DNA of 47,076 bases, taken from the NCBI RefSeq assembly GCF_001194135.2, contig NC_068991.1:27412729-27459804 (forward strand), given 5' to 3'. Position 1 is the first letter of the stretch. Each line of letters opens with the position of its first letter. Below the pieces are notes generated by a model that did not search any database, was not told the origin of the DNA, and saw only the letters and a program-made list of their open reading frames with translations. Shown here one piece after another: positions 11,518 through 23,689 of this stretch. Both the position numbers and the translations under genes were made by a program. This stretch comes from Octopus bimaculoides. Lineage: Eukaryota.

Positions 11518-12284
11518 GTGAGCATCTAAGCCTACGCCGTCTATTTCGAGTTATGATAACTTGTTTAATAAAGAAACATTCAGCTCCCGAAATAGAACAA
11601 TAATCACATTGATCACAAACGATAAACCTGATGAAGGTGAATTACTTCATCAGTTTTGATTCGTTCTTTTTTGATTCTGATCACACTGCAAAAATGATTT
11701 TCAATCAGTTTTACGTTGTTTTATTTGATATAATAAACACGTTGGCGAATATTTAACCTACTGTTTTCTGCTATACTACCAGTTTAGACCATATCTCTTA
11801 AGTTAACATAGATAAAATCCGAACGACTTCAGAAGACTAGATGACGAAATTCCGGCTCAGAACTTGAGAGACAAGAAATGGTTTTTGTTAAAGTCTATTA
11901 AAGTAGTATAGTTAATTTTACATGCCATAACTTTCTTAGTTCTCATTAATACGTAACATCTCGCCTAGAATATAAACCAAGATCATAAAAGCATTCTATC
12001 CAGTAATCATATCTATTTCCCACTCCCTAAATAACATACCTTAAGAATCTCACAGAGTATTTCATTGTTTTTTGCTTTTACTTGTTTTGTTTTCTTTTTT
12101 GCTAATGTTTAAAACATTTGATTACAGCCATTATGGGGACACCTACGTCAAATATTTAATCGAATCTATAGACACCAGCATCTTGAATTGTACTTATTTT
12201 ATCGACCTATTAAGAGATGAGGAGTAAATAATTAAGAAATGCTGCAGACTGTTCATTAACTACTTTTCGCTGTTACAAGGGGCC

Positions 12285-12475
12285 AGGCAAAGGAAGTCTG
12301 CCAGGAACTCATGATGATACCTTTTTTTGATAGAAAGGGCATCATCTAGACCTACTGCTTTCCTTCTGGTCAGACGGTCAACAAGAAGTATATTGTGGAG
12401 GTTTTGAGGAAGTTGTGAAAGAAATTTCGTCGCAAAAGGCATCTTCACCAGGATAATGCACCTGTCCATATTTCC
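12285..12475 (+). mobile_element. Mariner transposase internal fragment
   Basis: Plus frame: MMIPFFDRKGII*TYCFPSGQTVNKKYIVEVLRKL*KKFRRKRHLHQDNAPVH. Confidence 0.8.
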
Positions 12476-13084
12476 ATCTCCACCAATACTCTGGAGTCCG
12501 GCAAAGAGTTTGACCAGAGCATTCACCAACGCACCCACATACAAACATACAAACATGCACGCCCCAACACGGCGGATACCTACCAAATAGACCGTTTCCC
12601 ACCACCTCCCATATAAACTCCCCCACACATTGTACCACTACACACACTCAATGCAAACATAAAGCCCCCAGACTTTAACCAATACGGAAAGAAAACATTC
12701 CAGCGAACACAGTAATGGATGCCTACACATTCTACAAAAGTTATACAGTATCACTACACATCGCACTTCCACAAGAACACCAACCTGAAAGACGCATACA
12801 ATACCCACAATCACTTCATGGTATCTCATACCGACTTACAGCATAACCAACCAGTGGCGATGTATTGGTAAATCCCCTACCCGGTTCCTATATTATCTTT
12901 TCACCACAACTGCAAACTGGACGTGTCTTTTCACCTCCAACAATAGAGAGCAGTCGCCATATTTCATTCCATATCGGCTACCATATCGGAGCGTAGGGTT
13001 ATATAATTGGATTGTTACTAAAATTCGTTGTACCCCTAGCGCGAAACCGATTGGTAAGATCAGCCGTGATGGATATATAATACT

Positions 13085-13094
13085 NNNNNNNNNN
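13085..13094. other. Assembly gap (10 N)
   Basis: N characters. Confidence 1.
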
Positions 13095-13313
13095 ATATAT
13101 ATATGCATATGTAACTATACTTCTCCGTGTATTCGTATATCCGTTCACCAAATTCCACTCATAAATCTAATATCAGAAGACACATTCCTAGTGTGCTGCA
13201 ATGATACAAAATATAAAACGCCTGCTTTCACATGAATATGATAAATATCTTTTGCTTGGCCTTCTCACATGTCATACACGAATAACTATTTGATTCTGCT
13301 AACTTCGTTACAG

Positions 13314-13371
13314 ATCGCGGAATTGGTTTCGCACTTAGCAGCTGAAAAGTTGGTCCTATCAGCCACCACTG
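13314..13371 (+). CDS. Candidate exon (58 nt, phase 0 to 1): IAELVSHLAAEKLVLSATT
   Basis: Acceptor with branch-like GCTAAC (TTCTGCTAACTTCGTTACAG) and an open frame compatible with the 11441 exon; the donor CTG|GTGATG is weak. Confidence 0.25.
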
Positions 13372-13610
13372 GTGATGGTGATGGTAGTGGTGGTTTTTTG
13401 TTTGTATTTCTTGTCTTTTATTCAGCTTGATCGATCAGACATATAATCAATGACATTCCAGTTTGTTGTCAGCTTTCTTCTTTGTCTAAACTTGAGTGTA
13501 TATCATGGGATTTAATGGATATTTGGCTGCTATATCTAACAGAACGAGCAACCACATTTAGTTACCAATGCTGGCTCGTAAGCAAGTCATTGGGTCAGTA
13601 TATTTTGCAG

Positions 13611-13631
13611 AGTTCACAAACCTCCAATGTG
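13611..13631 (+). CDS. Candidate 21-nt symmetric micro-exon (phase 1: xFTNLQC)
   Basis: TATATTTTGCAG acceptor, GTG|GTATGT donor, length divisible by 3. Confidence 0.25.
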
Positions 13632-14446
13632 GTATGTGTCATCACCAAAAGAAATAGCAAATAATTTGTTTGTTTGTAGTGCAGAACTGTTAATTCTATG
13701 AGAGAAAGCTCACTACGAAAGACTAGCGTTTTATCCAGGATTAGATTAATCTTTTATACGCCTAAACGCTCCGTTTACACTAGATTGCAGTTGTGAGGGT
13801 AGACGAAGGTTGATTAAACCATCGGAAGTATTAAACTGCAAAGGACGAAATTGTATTGACTCCTTAAAGTTGAAATGCCGTCATTCGAATTTGAATTCAG
13901 AACGTTGTGTTCTTTGAAATATAGTGGAGCGTTTTGTTTTACACTATAGTGATTCTGCCAGTCACATTCGTAAAATATTTATTCCTATGAAACACTGACC
14001 ATTTCAACCTATGAAGATGCCCCTAAGTTAATCATTCAACATTCTAAATATACGACTCAAATATTTCAAAGTAATTCTTAGTGTCTTAATAAAAACAGGA
14101 AGATGTATTAAGAACAGTACTGTGAAATAAAGTATGCCTAAAAAGATGTGATGGTAATGATTTTAACAGGTGTGCTCGCTTAGAACTAAACACTGATACA
14201 ATATTGGTTATTAAAACAGCTACAAAGCCACATATTTGGCCAAAGGTGTACTGTCAATCGGTTATAATTTATACATATCATATCCTTCTCCAAAAAATGT
14301 ATGGTAAAATCAGTCTGACGGGAATCTTGACTTAGTACTCTGCTATTAAAAATAATGTCATGGGAGTAAAGATTTGATCGATAAATTATAGTCACACCAG
14401 CATAGGCAGCATATTATTGTGTGCGACGCACACATAATATAAAAAT

Positions 14447-14661
14447 GGTTTCAAATTTTGGCGCAAGACCAGCAGTTTTCAGGGGAGGGTCTAAGTAGAT
14501 TACATCGAATCCTAGTGCACAGATTCTACTTATTTTATCGAACTTGAGTGGATGAAAGGCAAAGTCTGCCTCGTCGGAATTTGAACTCTGAATGTAAAGA
14601 CGAACGTAATGCCGCTAAGGATTTTGCTTGACGTACTAACGATTCAACCAGGTTACCGCCT
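14447..14661 (-). mobile_element. tRNA-derived SINE (family A), near full length
   Basis: GGTTTCAAATTTTGGCGCAAG...GGATGAAAGGCAAAGTCTGCCTCGTCGGAATTTGAACTC...ACCGCCTT, homologous to 1033-1218. Confidence 0.85.
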
Positions 14662-14779
14662 TACACGTATAATATAATAATAATGTTCGTTAAAGAACTA
14701 AAATGATCAACCTTGTGTATCTTAGGGTAATAGTTTTGTATCAGGATACAAAATAACTTCTAATTTTTCTGCTCTATTA

Positions 14780-14880
14780 CCATAACTCAACTAACTTAAC
14801 TCAACTACCATAGCTCAATTATCATAGTTCAACTACCATAGCTCAACTAAATATGCTCTACCATGGACCAACTATTGAGA
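14780..14880. repeat. Degenerate short-period minisatellite (core CTACCATAGCTCAA)
   Basis: Four to five imperfect copies read directly. Confidence 0.6.
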
Positions 14881-15059
14881 CATTACAGAGCTCAAGTGAA
14901 ACCCACAATGAAGTAATCTTCTCACAGTTGAAACGGTGATGCACACACAGATATTCAAAGTCACATTGAGAAGAGGATCACACGACAGATCGGCATAAAT
15001 TACTGAAATACACACTTCACCTTTTGGTCCACTGCATCCTTCCCAACCTCTCTTCTTCT

Positions 15060-15064
15060 CCCTT

Positions 15065-15156
<92 letters not shown>
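15060..15156. repeat. (CT)n microsatellite
   Basis: Read directly. Confidence 0.95.
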
Positions 15157-15159
<3 letters not shown>

Positions 15160-15454
15160 CTGCATCTCCTACCATTGTTATAACGGCTTCTTCTCAGATA
15201 TGGCTGGCTTAATGGTACCTTGACTTACATATTTCGACAGCCTTGTCTTTCTTCCTTTCGTCACTCTTGCTGCCTCCATCCCACACTGCAGACCCTTAAC
15301 TACAGGCACTCCACCCAGTCCTTCCTTCCTAGAAACAATTCATTCAGGAATTCAAATTCACTCCCTGATCACGTTTTTCAGAACTTAGAATAATTGCATT
15401 TGTCCTGTTTAGGAAGGCCTTCATGGTTCTTGGCCACCAACTCTTCACCGAGAC

Positions 15455-15672
15455 CAGTAGTTCTGAACTGGGGTCCATTAAAAATTGTTGTTAAAATTTA
15501 TGAGCAATAAATTGCTTTTCTACAATACACAAAATATCTAAACTTTTTATACAACTCTTTATAATAATTATAAAAGAGTACAGCGGGATTTTTTTTTGTA
15601 TACATCGAATAGCTATGAAGGTCCATTAGAGTAAAATAGCAATGAAAGGGGTCATAGGCAAAAAAAGCACTG
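15455..15672. mobile_element. Probable hAT-type (Charlie-like) MITE relic
   Basis: Begins CAGTAGTTCTGAACTGGGGTCC, has internal GG(G)TCC repeats and ends GCACTG; the resemblance to CAGTGGTTC-ended non-autonomous hATs is from memory. Confidence 0.45.
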
Positions 15673-16193
15673 ATCCAGTCTAAGCAAGTAAAATAAAACT
15701 GCTGAAGTTCAAGAACACTACTTCAGTTAAAATAGACCATTGCCTTAAGGATAGTGACTCGTCGTCGTAACACTATAAAGATAGTAATTCATTATGGTAA
15801 CCCATTATTCGAGACATTGGAAAATAAATAGTCCAATAGAAAATCATTGATGTTACTACAATTGTAAATAAACACGTGATCCCTTATTTTATCATTTGAG
15901 AACAGAAACATCAATGACTTCCTATGGAGCAGTTTGATTTCCGCAATGTTAAGCTTCAGAGAGCAAACGTTTTTGGCAAGAGGATACTGCCCTGATAGTT
16001 GTGAGAGATGAAAGGGGAAAAACAGGAATTGACATGCTGCTGTGATAAAAGATTAGCCCTATATGTACCTGGATCATGTAAGTACTAAGATGTCAGATAG
16101 TTGCTTCCTGTTACGCAGAGTGACAGATAATATCTTGTCTCTAAGAATATGTACAGAGCAGTTTCTTTTCAGTTTCCATCTACCCAATTTCAG

Positions 16194-16264
16194 TTAATGT
16201 TATCAAAGAAAAGCTAAGGACAAAGAAACTACCACAGAACGCTATCAAACTTGAAACCGCTTGA
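16194..16264 (+). CDS. Candidate terminal coding exon (phase 1): xNVIKEKLRTKKLPQNAIKLETA*
   Basis: Long pyrimidine acceptor TTTCTTTTCAGTTTCCATCTACCCAATTTCAG; phase-1 frame open for 23 codons while the other frames stop early. Confidence 0.3.
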
Positions 16265-16579
16265 CATCGAAACGAATTTCTTAACAATGCAGACATGACT
16301 CGCTTTAAATATTGAATATCGGTTGCCGGATGATGGTAGAGGCATTTTAGATTAACTGGTAATAGGCAATCTCTTTAATGTGTTGTTGTATGACCACAGA
16401 AGACTTCATTTTCCAATCTTGCTGAACACTAATCAGTGAATTCTAATTACTTTAAGAAGAAATTGAATGATGACGCAAATGCTAAGTGAACTGGCTTGTC
16501 TCAGAAACAAACACGTGTCACAAACTAAACTCAAAGGGTAATTATCACAGTTTCCCATCATTCAGTCAGTCAAATACCC

Positions 16580-16873
16580 AAATCACACAGACACATACAT
16601 ATAGACATACATACACACATAGGATCGTATACACCTATACATGGTTCTATATATATATATTATATACACTATATATATATATATATACTATGTATGTGTG
16701 TATGCATGTATATATATNNNNNNNNNNNNNNNNNNNNNNNNNNNNNNNNNNNNNNNNNNNNNNNNNNNNNNNNNNNNNNNNNNNNNNNNNNNNNNNNNNN
16801 NNNNNNNNNNNNNNNNNNNNNNNNNNNNNNNNNNNNNNNNNNNNNNNNNNNTATATATATATATATATATATA
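16580..16873. repeat. (CA)/(TA)/(TATG) microsatellites flanking gap 16718-16851
   Basis: Read directly; N run 16718-16851. Confidence 0.92.
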
Positions 16874-17380
16874 TGTTCACGTGTGTATGTTGATATATAT
16901 AATTTACACACATACACACGTGTGTGGCGGGGAACGCAGTGGAGTTGGTAGATGTGAGCATAGTGCAGTGCTAAAAACAGTGAAAATTTCGAATGAGAAA
17001 TGTAATATTACATTGTACGTAAAAACAGACAAAAACATCATCTGGCAAGAAAGCAACTGAGAATCTAGTATACATTTAAAATACAATCAGTAACGGTGGA
17101 GATATATTTTTTTCAAGCTTTTCTAGCTTGAAATCCTGTTTACAAAGTTTAATATTTAATATCCTCTTACATATGGAAGCAATCGACACAAGAATAGGTA
17201 CAGCAGTATAAAAAATGTTTTGTAATGTCTCGTAACATCTCTTTACATTTTCATTGCAAATCCTATTATTGCTTTTTCTGCTTTTCGTCGTTCGTTGCTT
17301 GACTGAGCCTTTATTTTGGAATCCGTCCTCTTCTGTCTCCTGCTACTCAGTTGGTTATTATCCCATTTTAGAACAAAGTA

Positions 17381-17419
<39 letters not shown>
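17381..17419. repeat. (ATT)n microsatellite
   Basis: Read directly. Confidence 0.95.
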
Positions 17420-17440
<21 letters not shown>

Positions 17441-17567
17441 AAAGAAATCATTATTATTATTCAACATTTGATAGTTTCTGGCTGATATTTCTACTCCATC
17501 ACCTGCTACACATCTGTGTTGTTGGGTGAGTTCAGTATTGTGTGTTCTTTCTTTGTTGTGTGAGTGC

Positions 17568-17848
17568 NNNNNNNNNNNNNNNNNNNNNNNNNNNNNNNNN
17601 NNNNNNNNNNNNNNNNNNNNNNNNNNNNNNNNNNNNNNNNNNNNNNNNNNNNNNNNNNNNNNNNNNNNNNNNNNNNNNNNNNNNNNNNNNNNNNNNNNNN
17701 NNNNNNNNNNNNNNNNNNNNNNNNNNNNNNNNNNNNNNNNNNNNNNNNNNNNNNNNNNNNNNNNNNNNNNNNNNNNNNNNNNNNNNNNNNNNNNNNNNNN
17801 NNNNNNNNNNNNNNNNNNNNNNNNNNNNNNNNNNNNNNNNNNNNNNNN
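17568..17848. other. Assembly gap, followed by (TA)n/(CA)n to 17933
   Basis: N characters. Confidence 1.
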
Positions 17849-17887
<39 letters not shown>

Positions 17888-17900
17888 CATACATAATTAT

Positions 17901-17933
<33 letters not shown>

Positions 17934-18827
17934 CGTGGTCTGATCAATAAGTATCCAGACTGTTGCTGTGGTAACGAAGCTAAAGCACGCAGAGTAAAGC
18001 TGCATCGCGCAGATCGACCTTGAAGTTGGCTTTTGCAGTGTATGTGCGCTAAGTTTTGTCGTTCTAGCTCACTTCTGCTATTTGCAGCAGTGCTTGGAAT
18101 GAAGGTGTGTAGCGTGTGATCGTTGTATTGATCGTGACACAGGAAGTTGAGCAGAGAATCTGCACCAAATTTCGCCAAAAGCTTGGCGATATCTGCTCAG
18201 AGGCCTACGCAAACTTTCAAAAAGTTTTCATCGTTCTCGACACAATCAAGGAGGTCTGGTGTAACTGAAACTCAAGTGTCTTTTTGGTAATCTGAAAGCG
18301 CTTTTGGCACAAACTTCGCAGACACGCGTCTTCTACCCAAATTTTCAGTGATAATGGACTGAACTGAACCGTAACTAATTTCCACATCCTCTGATATCTC
18401 ACGAACAGTGATTCGACGATTTTCCTCACAGGTGAACGCACATCTGCGATGCTTCTCACAGTTCTGCTGGTTGCGGGTCTCCCCGAACGTTCGTCAATAT
18501 CGACATTTTTGGGGCCCTCCTGGAAACGCCTGACTCACTCGTACATTTGTATTGGCTCATACACTCCTCGCTATACACTTTCTGCAAATTTACATATGCC
18601 TCTGAGCAGGTAACGCCATGACAACTTTGTCATGGTCAATGCGACGATCAGATACTACACACCCTCCTTCCAAGTACTGCTGTAAAGAACGGAAATGAGC
18701 TAAAACATGAAAACTTAATGATCATGCACAGTAGGGTTCAAGGTCAACCTGTACCAAGCGGCTTTACTCTACGTGCTTTATGTTCGTTATTATGGCAACA
18801 GTCCTGATACTTATTGATCAGACCTCG
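17934..18827. mobile_element. Fold-back mariner derivative made of two convergent 5' halves
   Basis: TIRs CG(T/A)GGTCTGATCAATAAGTATC at both ends with TA flanks. The left arm encodes EQRICTKFRQKLGDICSEAYANFQKVF (+); the right arm encodes the same N-terminus extended through EENRRITVREISEDVEISYGSVQSIITENLGRRRVSAKFVPK (-). Confidence 0.85.
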
Positions 18828-18844
18828 TATATATATGCGTGTGT

Positions 18845-19042
18845 ACCCGCGTTATCCACCGCTTGACAATCGGTGTTAGTGTGATTACGTCCCTGTAACT
18901 TAGCGGTCCGGTAATAGAGACATATGTAATCAGTCCCAGGTTTAAAAAAATTACTGGTATCGATTCGTTCGATCAAAACTCTTCAAGGTGGTGCTCCACC
19001 ATCGCTGTAGTCTACTAACTGAAATTAAGTAAGCGATAAAAG
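18845..19042 (+). mobile_element. SINE 3' part (family B)
   Basis: CCACCGCTTGACAATCGGTGTT...TACGTCCCTGTAACTTAGCGGT...AAGATA tail; homologous to 23170-23325. Confidence 0.65.
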
Positions 19043-19472
19043 ATATAGAAATAGTGGTTTACAAGTGGCCGCTGCAGCAATTAACCAGCAGGCTGGATAA
19101 AACTTCTGTATTAGAATCCAAAGCAGTATTAATCCAAATAGTAGTTTGTATATGATATCTAACTCAAATATACTATCGAAAATCTTGAAACTGCACAATT
19201 TCTCTCGAAAAGTTATCTCATAGAGGTCTATAGTTTTAAAAGTTCCAGAAATATATCAGTAGCAGATGAAAAGTGTCAAACATCAGTGGTAGGATTGTTA
19301 TAACTTTGTCTGGCATACGATTATAGTGGGTGCCTGTTAGAGACGACGCTCAAAAAAGTAGAAATATCTATTTAGTAATTCCATCACTGCTGCAAGACAT
19401 TTTTCATTTTTTCTACTGTACATTTTGGTGAAGTCTGCAGCGGTGACTCAGCGCCACACATCCCGAATAGAA

Positions 19473-19476
19473 GTGT

Positions 19477-19548
<72 letters not shown>

Positions 19549-19608
19549 GTGCGTGTGTGTGCGTGCGTGTGTGTGCGTGCGTGTGTATGTGTGTGTTTGT
19601 GTGTGTGA
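19473..19608. repeat. Compound (GT)/(GA)/(GACA) microsatellite
   Basis: Read directly. Confidence 0.95.
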
Positions 19609-21240
19609 TTGTGTACTCGTTTGTCATGTATGAAAGTGTATACATATGTGGAGAATTTTGTGTCTTGAGTGTAGCAAGTATGTTGCTTTCTTAAAATAAA
19701 TTTCAATCTAACTTCTTCCGATATTATAGACATCATAAATCACTGAACTGCTTTCCTCATTATAAGCTGCCGAATAATACTTCGTGTATGAAGTAAAGAG
19801 ATGTGATATTTAAATCCTACTGTAAATATGAAATCTACCAAGTTAATTAAACTATGCACGCTATATAATAAAGAAAACGCTTCAAAGAATAATGAAGTTA
19901 TGTCAAATTAAATGTCATGCTACGGCCGAAACGAGAAATTATTGAATCAGTACAGTGTCTTCAAGAAATATGCTGCTAAGTTATACTGAAAATTCATTGA
20001 AAATTTCTTTTATTTAACAGTCACTAATTTTTGGGTTTTATATTTTTTACTGAAGCTTTTTAACAAGTGAAATTGATGAGAAATGAATCTGTTTCTGTTT
20101 AAGTCGCTTATCTATTGCAAGTAAGATTCCCAAATGAGCTCTTATTTATTTCCAATAGCTATATCAGCTCCGATAATGTAGGATGAAATCTTTGGTCTAT
20201 AAATACGAGACAGCTCAGGCAAACGTCATCTCATGAACGATATGAAGTTAGACCACTTTCTTTCGGATTCGTTTTCTTAGTGTTTAGCTCTAGATCAACA
20301 TTGACCGATCAAAACATACGATCTAAAAGTTATTCTAGCCATGACCATTACATCTCTTCTTTTCAAAAACAACCCATCCCAGATCCCATTATCTATGTAT
20401 CTTATTTTTAAGGTGATAGGGTGTGTTTCAAGGGTGATATGACTGCTACTTCTAGCATACCAAATATGTAAAGGTTTCTTTGCTGCTAAAAGAGATCAAA
20501 CATTTGGAGAAACGGTGCATATCTGGTATTTATTTCACCAAACACATGACGGACTAATGAGAAAATCAAATTCAAGTTTGTTTGATTTTTTAACTAAAAA
20601 CACAAAGATACGCAGCTATATATCACTGTATATTTCTTCAGCCTCCCAATCTACGAGAGCTGTGCAACTCCATGCTCTCGATCCCTCTGCGCACCACCTA
20701 GGATAAATGTAATTTTAACAAAGCTTTGTTTCGACCATCGTGTGTTGAATTGTGGTAAACACGTTCATCTTTTCTATGAGTATTTAATTGTATTTATGTC
20801 GGCGTTCACTTAAAATGAGCGGAACCGGTTCAAAAATACATAATAAACAGTAGCTGAGTATGGTCGCTGATCCCAGATGACTTCTGACTCAGATATTAGA
20901 GACTACTTATATATATATATAAGAGTTAGATATCGATTCTCATTATATAATGCTCTTTAGCATTTGTCGTCTGCTAGAGTGTTACCCGTCATATGTCTGA
21001 TAACTAAGGATGTATACTTTTGCCAGTATAAGTAATTTAATAATAGTAAAATTATGATTATTGAACGTAAACTATATTTCCTGACATTAGCCATATGGTG
21101 CAATAGTGCATTCATACTATTACAGCAAGTGTAGTGATATATTCATTAGTAACAGTTTGCTGTAAATTCTTAAGTTAGCGAATATTGCTTACAAATGGCG
21201 TACTTCAAAAGCATCTAAGGAAAATAATCCTCATAATATA

Positions 21241-22509
21241 CGAGGGGTGTTCATTAAAGATTTCCCCTGACCCACTTCCCAAAGACTGGGATAAATGAAG
21301 CTTGGCATAATTATTATCCTTTCTCTACATAGCCACCAACAATGCTGACACACTTCTCCTAACGCTTTATGCAGGTTTTGAGCCGGTAGGTTGCGTCAGG
21401 AACCAAAACTTTTCCTTGGAAATAAGTTGATCAACATCCGAATAGTGCTTCCCCTTCAAAAAATACTTCATGGTTGGAAAGAGGTGGAGGTCAGATGGTG
21501 TGAGGTCGGGAGAGTAAGGGGGGTAATAAAGAATTTCAAGCCGCGAGAGTGTGCCTTCATCTGGGCAACATGCGCATTGTGAATTGGGGAGTTGTCTTGA
21601 AGGAAGCGGACTCCTCTGGTCAGCATGCTACGCCTCTCTGCTTAGATGTGTTCTGCAATTTTTGCAGCAGAGAAGCATGATATTCCCCGTTAATTAAGGT
21701 GCCCTTTGCCAGAATGTCCATCGTCACTACTCCGCTTTGGTCCCAAAAGACCGTGAGCATCACCTCGCCCGCTGAGAATACGAACCTTTTTTGGAGGTGG
21801 TGAGTTATACTTTCATTGCTTTGACTGGACTTTAGTCTCAGAATCATAATGATGGGCCCATGTTTCATCCTGTGTGATAAGTCTAACGAAAAGGTCCTCC
21901 TCATTTTCTTGGCACATTGCCAAAAGAGCCTGGGCGTAATTCAGTCGTTCCTGCTTCTGAAACGGTGTGAGCATCCGGGAAGTCGATTATGCAGACAACT
22001 TCCGCATGTACAAATGGTTGTGAATATTTTTTTTCCACGGACCATAAACTTATCTTCACTTCTTGGGCTAGTTGCCGAATAGTTATGCGACGATCCTCCA
22101 AAATGGCGGCTTCCATTTTATGGATGATGTTGACACCAATGGCGGAATGTAGTCGTCCAGGTATAGAAGTAGCTTCCACTGGTGTCCGGCCACATTTGAA
22201 CTGGCGGTGCCAGTGGTTTTCTACGTTGTATGATGGTGCATCGTCACCATAAACGTCTTTCATCTCATCAAAAGTCTCTTTTTGTCTACGACCTATCAAG
22301 TGTAAGAACTTTATCACTGGCCTGCATTGAACTGCCTCCATTATAACACCTTAGTCCACTTCAGCAGTCGTAAAAGACAAACTAATACTATTGGAAAGCT
22401 GTAATTTATAATTTGACATGTATAAATCTGTATGATAATACCTATTCAAGTTCTATTTCCTGCAATAATTGGAAGTGAGTCAGAGGAATTCTTTAATGAA
22501 CACTCCTTG
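21241..22509 (-). mobile_element. Near full-length mariner (irritans-like termini), inactive
   Basis: About 40-bp TIRs (CGAGGGGTGTTCATTAAAGATTTCCCCTGACCCACTTCC / reverse complement CAAGGAGTGTTCATTAAAGAATTCCTCTGACTCACTTCC) with TA on both sides; transposase from ATG 22341 (CRPVIKFLHL...YGDDAPSY...EDRRITIRQLA; GEVMLTVFWD; LLQDNSP) broken by frameshifts. Confidence 0.93.
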
Positions 22510-22944
22510 TACATTAACTATTGCAGAGCTTGTTCTGTCTACATCCATCTACTCTTCCGTTTACTTCTCCTTCCCCTTTTCTTCCTGTTGTTCCTCCTCC
22601 ACTTCTTCAAGTTCTCTATTTTGTCTCACATGGTGTAATCATGTAGCGTTCCCTTACTCGATGCTGTCACCAAGTCTAGTTTGTGCCCTCAACCTTTCTG
22701 TTAAGTGTGTGTGTATTTCTCTTTTAATCTCTCTCCTGCTCTCTCAAAATGATGTAATCAAATAACGAACCTACTAACATTTACATCGTCTATAAAATAA
22801 ATTTAATATTTCTATTAATTGCCTCCTGTTTTTTGCACTTTTACATTTTAAAATATTAATTCACGCGAATATCTTAAGCAAAATGAGATCATCAGTGAAT
22901 GTTGTATTTCTGAAATGAAATAACATATGTGAATAGTTTTAATT

Positions 22945-23110
22945 TTCAGAAAACAAAAGACGAAGACAGGTGAAGGAATAACAAGCAGGTGTATTTGGTT
23001 AAGGCTCGGGAAGAAAGGAGAAGTCTTTGACGTTTCGAGCTCCCGCTCTTCGAGACAAAGCATTAAGAGGGAAAAAACGGAAAGAGAACGAAAAAAAAAT
23101 TGAGAGAAAA
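22945..23110 (-). mobile_element. Penelope-type pseudo-LTR-like repeat with a degenerate minimal hammerhead motif
   Basis: Minus strand CTTTGTCTCGAAGAGCGGGAGCTCGAAACGTCAAAGAC: stem GAGC-GGGA-GCTC followed by GAAACGTC; the 5' CUGANGA box is not intact. Confidence 0.45.
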
Positions 23111-23169
23111 ATGTTTAGGGATACATTTGCATGTGTATTTTAAATACCGATCATTGATATTATCGCTTG

Positions 23170-23325
23170 AAAACCTGTATTGGTTTGTGTACGTCTGTCA
23201 AACTAGCGGTTCGCCTCGAGAGACCAATGAAATAAGTACCAGGGTCAGTTTTCCTCGGCAATACCTTTCAAGTGTCTCAGCAATGGCCGCAGTTCAATGG
23301 CCGACAGAAATAAAAGATAAAAGAT
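23170..23325 (+). mobile_element. SINE 3' part (family B), degenerate
   Basis: TACGTC..CAAACTAGCGGTTCG...GAAATAAGTACCAGG...ATGGCCGCAG...AAAAGATAAAAGA. Confidence 0.6.
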
Positions 23326-23689
23326 TATTATATCATATAGATTGTCGGTATATAAAAATAAACTCACAGAATATACTACAGTAGAATCTTATATTATTGA
23401 TATTTTGAAATTCGTATAAGATTCGACAGATTGTCAGTAATGCAACACGATTATTGACTTACATGCATGCAATTTTTTCGTTTCTTTTCTTTATTTGCTT
23501 ATTTTCGTTCCATTGTTCTTGCCAGAATCCCTTTAACTTCACTTGCTCTGTTCCAGAAAAACAATTTGTAGCCAGAGAGAAAATGTGATCCTAATTCACA
23601 CAGGATAAGATATTTGCATATTGCTATGAGATATGATTCGGAACACTAGAGTGTCTTATTTCATGTTCTTTTGTTCATAGATGGGTTGT

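Noticed and set aside
11624-11657. 13-bp-arm hairpin containing CTGATGA around a possible donor
   Set aside because: No GAAA partner for a hammerhead; a short palindrome is expected by chance in 47 kb.
17254-17529. ORF with signal-peptide-like start MQILLLLFLLFVVRCLT
   Set aside because: It starts at TTG, not ATG, and runs through an (ATT)n tract.
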